Source of the DNA: Chitinophaga pinensis
Lineage (GTDB): Bacteria > Bacteroidota > Bacteroidia > NS11-12g > UBA955
Direction of reading: 5' to 3'
NCBI GenBank assembly: GCA_945865625.1
Contig: CAMBFD010000005.1
Span: forward strand, 1 to 60,442
DNA length: 60,442 nt
In this document: positions 56,525 through 60,442 of the stretch, piece by piece
Position numbering within the stretch: the first letter of the stretch is position 1
How the letters are laid out: the number at the start of each line of letters is the position of its first letter
Notes under the pieces: model-generated
What the model was told of the DNA's origin: nothing
Databases searched by the model: none
The model's input: the letters and a program-made list of their open reading frames with translations, nothing else
Made by a program: the position numbers and the translations under genes

Positions 56525-57088
56525 TTATTTTTTTTCGTTATTTTTTGTTTTCGGTGATGTTTCAGTTTCATTCAAAGGTATAGATAATTCCTCCATTACT
56601 TCAAATGTTTTATCGAATTTAGGATTGGCGTATAACATTTGCACACCACTCGCCTTGTCGAAAATAAAGTCTAAAGCCTCCTTTTTGGCAACCGATTGAA
56701 CAGCTTCAAACAATTTATCTTGAATAGGTTTAATCAGTTCTTCACGTTTTTTAAATAAAGAACCATTGCTTCCAAACTTATCTTCACGGTATTTTACCAA
56801 TTCATTTTCTTGCAACCCAAGAGCATCTTTCTTTTGCTTTTTCTGATCTGAAGTTAACAATATTTCTTCTGCTTGATAATCTTTCTCCATTTGTGTCAAT
56901 TGACTTTGCATCTTTTGAGCTTCTGACTCCCATTTCACAGCGAAATCTTCTAATTGCGTTTGCGCCGACTTAAATTCAGGCATTCTACCCAAAATATAAT
57001 CCGAATCAACGTATGCAAAAGATACTCTACCTTGTGAAAATAAAGGTGTTGAAATTATGCACAACAAACACACTAAATATTGCTTCAT
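56525..57088 (-). CDS. OmpH/Skp-family periplasmic chaperone (second paralogue)
   Basis: Starts at ATG 57088 (MKQYLVCLLCIISTPLFSQ). FAYVDSDYILGRMPEFKSAQ... is OmpH-like, with a Lys/Glu-rich C-terminal tail. Confidence 0.8.
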   Translation of the reverse strand: MKQYLVCLLCIISTPLFSQGRVSFAYVDSDYILGRMPEFKSAQTQLEDFAVKWESEAQKMQSQLTQMEKDYQAEEILLTSDQKKQKKDALGLQENELVKYREDKFGSNGSLFKKREELIKPIQDKLFEAVQSVAKKEALDFIFDKASGVQMLYANPKFDKTFEVMEELSIPLNETETSPKTKNNEKK

Positions 57089-57159
57089 TCTTATCATTGC
57101 TTTTACAAACGTTATACCAAACAAAATATTGTTGCGAAATTATCGATTATTATTGATTA

Positions 57160-57690
57160 TTAGGGATGTTTTAGAATGAATATTTTTGTTTCCACAAGAT
57201 TACTTTTATGTAAAGCCCTATCTACGAGCTGAAATCGGTATTTTACAGTGTCACCACGGTAACTAAATGGCCTGGCATTTATCTTGAAATTAAATATCCC
57301 CTGAATTCCCTTTTCATTTCCTTTTGGAGTTAAACTCAATATCCTTTCATGTAAATTTAATGTGTCCCCAGGAATCAATGGATTCATAACTGTTGTCCAT
57401 TTACCTCCTCGCTTTTCAAAATACCAACATTTAAAATTAAAAAAATTCTGCTTTCCGTAGGCAAAATCACCGAAAGTATCCGATCCCGTTAAACCTATGT
57501 CGCCATCTCCATCCGTAAATGCTATATCAACCCACACAAAACTGTCGTAACCATAACCACTATTAAATAAATATTCTCCTTTTAATTCTATGGCAGGTAC
57601 AATGGATGTTGTATTTTTGTCGTCGGTACACGCTCCAATGAATCCAATCACTGAAAATAAAATGAACTTTATTGAAAATGGAATTTTCAC
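57160..57690 (-). CDS. lipoprotein of unknown function
   Basis: 176 aa with lipobox FIGAC. Contains a DGDGDIG motif. No family recognised. Confidence 0.6.
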   Translation of the reverse strand: MKIPFSIKFILFSVIGFIGACTDDKNTTSIVPAIELKGEYLFNSGYGYDSFVWVDIAFTDGDGDIGLTGSDTFGDFAYGKQNFFNFKCWYFEKRGGKWTTVMNPLIPGDTLNLHERILSLTPKGNEKGIQGIFNFKINARPFSYRGDTVKYRFQLVDRALHKSNLVETKIFILKHP

Positions 57691-58642
57691 AATTGCGAGC
57701 GATGATGATTTTTTAAAGTACTGTAAAGAAATTTATTTCTTTCAAAACAGCCAGAACCAAATATACCAAAAATGGACAACTCTTTACAAGGGCGTCGATA
57801 AACCAGTTAAAAACTTCGTCGATTTTCCCTTCTTGCCCATTTCAATGTTTAAAAACCACCAAGTTGTAAGTGCAGCCCCTTTTGATGCTATATTCACTTC
57901 TAGCTCAACCACCGGAAAAGGGGTTTCCAGCCATTTTGTCCATAAACTTCAGGTATATGAGCGTTCTTTTTCGGAGGGATTCAATGCCTTTTACCAAGAT
58001 TATCGCAACTACAAAATCTTTGCCCTTCTGCCAAATTACCTCGAAAGAGCAGGGTCTAGCCTCGTTTATATGGCCAATCATATGATCCAAAATAGCAATC
58101 TTGGCGGTGGCTTTTATTTGTATGACTTTGAGCAATTATTGAACGACATACAAGCGTCCCTAAAAAATAATGAACCCGTACTTTTACTCGGCGTAACCTT
58201 TGCATTGCTCGACTTTGCAGAATTTGCAAAAAATCAATCATTTCAAAATTGCATAATCATGGAAACCGGAGGTATGAAAGGCCGCGGTGCAGAACCAACG
58301 CGTACAGAACTCCATCAAACCCTTTGCAATGCATTCAATGTAAATGAAATACACAGCGAATACGGAATGACAGAGCTACTCTCTCAAGCTTACTCGAAAG
58401 GCAATGGACGATTTTTTTGTCCCCCTTGGATGAAAATCCTTGTTCAAGATGCCGCAGATCCAGGAAATTGGTTGCCCAACGGTAAAACTGGCCGAATTTG
58501 TATCATTGATTTAGCCAATATTTACAGCTGTAGCTTTATAGCCACCGACGATCTTGGTAAAGTTTACGACGATGGTAGTTTTGAAATACTCGGAAGGCTC
58601 GACTTTTCGGACATGCGCGGTTGCAGCCAATTGGCACTTTAA
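57662..58642 (+). CDS. LuxE/PaaK-like acyl-protein synthetase / acyl-adenylate-forming enzyme
   Basis: About 326 aa from ATG 57662 (MNFIENGIFTIASDDDF...). FTSSSTTGKGVSSH, METGGMKGRG and SEYGMTELLSQAY resemble the LuxE-like adenylating family. Confidence 0.6.
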   Translation: MNFIENGIFTIASDDDFLKYCKEIYFFQNSQNQIYQKWTTLYKGVDKPVKNFVDFPFLPISMFKNHQVVSAAPFDAIFTSSSTTGKGVSSHFVHKLQVYERSFSEGFNAFYQDYRNYKIFALLPNYLERAGSSLVYMANHMIQNSNLGGGFYLYDFEQLLNDIQASLKNNEPVLLLGVTFALLDFAEFAKNQSFQNCIIMETGGMKGRGAEPTRTELHQTLCNAFNVNEIHSEYGMTELLSQAYSKGNGRFFCPPWMKILVQDAADPGNWLPNGKTGRICIIDLANIYSCSFIATDDLGKVYDDGSFEILGRLDFSDMRGCSQLAL

Positions 58643-60442
58643 TTAATCTTCATCCGGAATTTCCATCACAACCTCTTTCAATTCAATCTTGGGATTGATA
58701 AACTTTTCAAAGGTGAGAATCAAAGCCGGCAATAAAAATAAATTTGCCGCCATTCCAGTAATAATTGTTAAGCCAGTTAACCAACCCAATGCTGCAGTTC
58801 CTTGGAACTCAGAAAAAGTAAAGATTAAGAAGCCAGAACAGATTGCCAACATGGTGTAAATCATACTCAATCCAACTTCATCAATGGTATCAGCCAATGC
58901 AATTCGAATTGGTTTGTTGTGTTTAATTACCTCCCTTCGGAAGGTTGAAACAAAGTGAATGGTGGCATCTACAGTGATACCAAAGGCAATACTAAATACC
59001 AAAATGGTGCTCGGTTTCAATGGAATATTGAAATACCCCATGGTTCCAGCTGTAATCATCAATGGAATAATATTAGGCACAATTGCAATGATTATCATTC
59101 TTATAGAAGGAAACAAAAATCCCATTGTCAATGAAATTAACAACAATGACCAAAAAGTTGCCGACAATAAACTATCGAATAAATATGAATTCCCTTTCAA
59201 GAAAATAGCCGTTGTACCTGTAATTTTCACATTGTATTGGTCACCAGGAAAGATATCAGCCAAAATTCGTGTCACTTCTTTATTAATCGAATCCATGCGA
59301 ATAGAACCCACATCTTTCATTTGGTAACTAATGCGCATTTGTGAAAAGGATGTGTCAACAAATCCCTTCAATAAATTTGGTTTACCAGGTTCAGCAGGTG
59401 GCAATTTCAACGCCAATTCACCCAGATCGGTTGCTTTTGGAATGCGGTAAAACCGCGGATCGTTTCCATTATTTGCTTGATTGGCTGCAGATACCACTTC
59501 CACCAATGACATAGGCTTCGACAATTCTGAGAATTGTTTCAATGCTTTTTGCAAGGTTCTTCCCTTATTTAGCATTTCCGGGGAAGTTACCCCTCCTTCT
59601 TCGTAGGTCGTAATCAAAATTTCATAAGGCATGACACCCTTGAAATTATCTTGCAGAAACACCAAATCTTTATAGATTTTTGAATCGTGAGGAATATCGT
59701 CGACCATGAAGGCCAAAGGTTTTAACCTAAAAATAAAGACTGTGCTTAAAGCACTCACTAAGATGAACCAAAAGTAAATTCGACGCTTGCTTTTAAATGT
59801 AGTATTCTTAACCCAAGCTAAAAACCTCAATACATTCTTATTATCGAGATGGGCAATTTGCTTATCTGTTGGTGTTGGGAGGTAAGAATAAAGTGCTGGA
59901 ATTCCAACAATGCTAATTACAAAAATGATGTTAATGGTGATGAAAGCAACCAAACCAAACTGTTCTAGAATTTGTGTTTTCGTAAAATAGAATGTTCCAA
60001 ATCCTACGGCAGTAGTAAAATTGATCAAAAAGGTAGCAACGCCAATTCGTGAAATGATTCGAGTTAATGCCTGCGCTTTCTTTTTATGTTTACGGTATTC
60101 GTCGTGGTATTGATTGATTAAATAAATGGTATTTTGAACGCCCACAACAACTAAAAGTGGAGGTAATGTTCCTGTAAGTAGGTTTAATTTAAACCCTAAG
60201 ATACCTGAAACACCCATCATGGTAATGACACCAATGGCAATAAATACCAGTGAAATGAGCAAGGTGCTAATGCTTCTGAAGAGGAGCAGAATAAGGAGAG
60301 CAGTTACAGCAAAGGCAATTAGGGTAAATAGAACAATTTCATCTCTTACGGTAGTGGCATTTTTATAACGCACAAAAGGAAGTCCGCTCAAATGCGGCTC
60401 GATGTTGTGTTTAATTCCAAATTGAACCAACATTTCTTCGAG
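58643..60442 (-). CDS. MMPL/RND-superfamily membrane transporter (5' end beyond the right window edge)
   Basis: The reading frame stays open to the last base of the window. Two blocks of about 5-6 TM helices are separated by a large soluble loop, as in MMPL/SSD transporters. Confidence 0.8.
   Translation of the reverse strand, partial: LEEMLVQFGIKHNIEPHLSGLPFVRYKNATTVRDEIVLFTLIAFAVTALLILLLFRSISTLLISLVFIAIGVITMMGVSGILGFKLNLLTGTLPPLLVVVGVQNTIYLINQYHDEYRKHKKKAQALTRIISRIGVATFLINFTTAVGFGTFYFTKTQILEQFGLVAFITINIIFVISIVGIPALYSYLPTPTDKQIAHLDNKNVLRFLAWVKNTTFKSKRRIYFWFILVSALSTVFIFRLKPLAFMVDDIPHDSKIYKDLVFLQDNFKGVMPYEILITTYEEGGVTSPEMLNKGRTLQKALKQFSELSKPMSLVEVVSAANQANNGNDPRFYRIPKATDLGELALKLPPAEPGKPNLLKGFVDTSFSQMRISYQMKDVGSIRMDSINKEVTRILADIFPGDQYNVKITGTTAIFLKGNSYLFDSLLSATFWSLLLISLTMGFLFPSIRMIIIAIVPNIIPLMITAGTMGYFNIPLKPSTILVFSIAFGITVDATIHFVSTFRREVIKHNKPIRIALADTIDEVGLSMIYTMLAICSGFLIFTFSEFQGTAALGWLTGLTIITGMAANLFLLPALILTFEKFINPKIELKEVVMEIPDED

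Noticed and set aside
1-60442. Search for tRNA, rRNA, transposase, integrase, toxin-antitoxin, restriction-modification or other defence modules
   Set aside because: No ORF translation or intergenic segment showed the corresponding motifs. The longest non-coding gaps are about 220 bp. I therefore do not claim any mobile element or defence island in this window.

Overview
AT-rich chromosomal core region of a Bacteroidota genome, probably Flavobacteriia-like. The phylum call rests on four proteins with T9SS C-terminal sorting domains, TAnnTTTG -7 promoter boxes upstream of many genes, tandem ompH genes followed by murI, HmuY-like proteins beside a TonB-dependent receptor, and small lipoproteins resembling DUF4294/DUF4296. 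I call 55 tightly packed CDSs, two of them cut by the window edges. Most are housekeeping genes: glmM, ftcD, queE, folD, mutS2, dnaN, lgt, mtaB, recO, fbp, lysC, dsbD, gmhA, radA, murB, truB, uvrC, murI and pabB. I found no rRNA, tRNA, CRISPR array, transposase, integrase or recognisable defence genes, and no convincing novel multi-gene system. This looks like an ordinary core region. The leads worth a second look are: (1) a family of intergenic GTTTAnn heptad / ATAAACC repeat modules at about 2.9 kb and 10.1-11.1 kb, which absorb the stop codons of ftcD and yggS and bracket a small beta-barrel gene as inverted arms; (2) an apparently orphan HscA-type Hsp70 translationally coupled to an outer-membrane beta-barrel gene; (3) a locus with two HmuY-like paralogues (one T9SS-sorted, one lipoprotein) flanking a TonB-dependent receptor; (4) a split carotenoid locus, crtD-cruF-like plus crtZ-crtI-crtB, with no cyclase in the window; (5) several palindromes and phased A-tracts in divergent promoter regions, and many -7 boxes only 4-8 nt from start codons. 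All product calls come from reading the translated ORFs and recalling family motifs. No database search was run.
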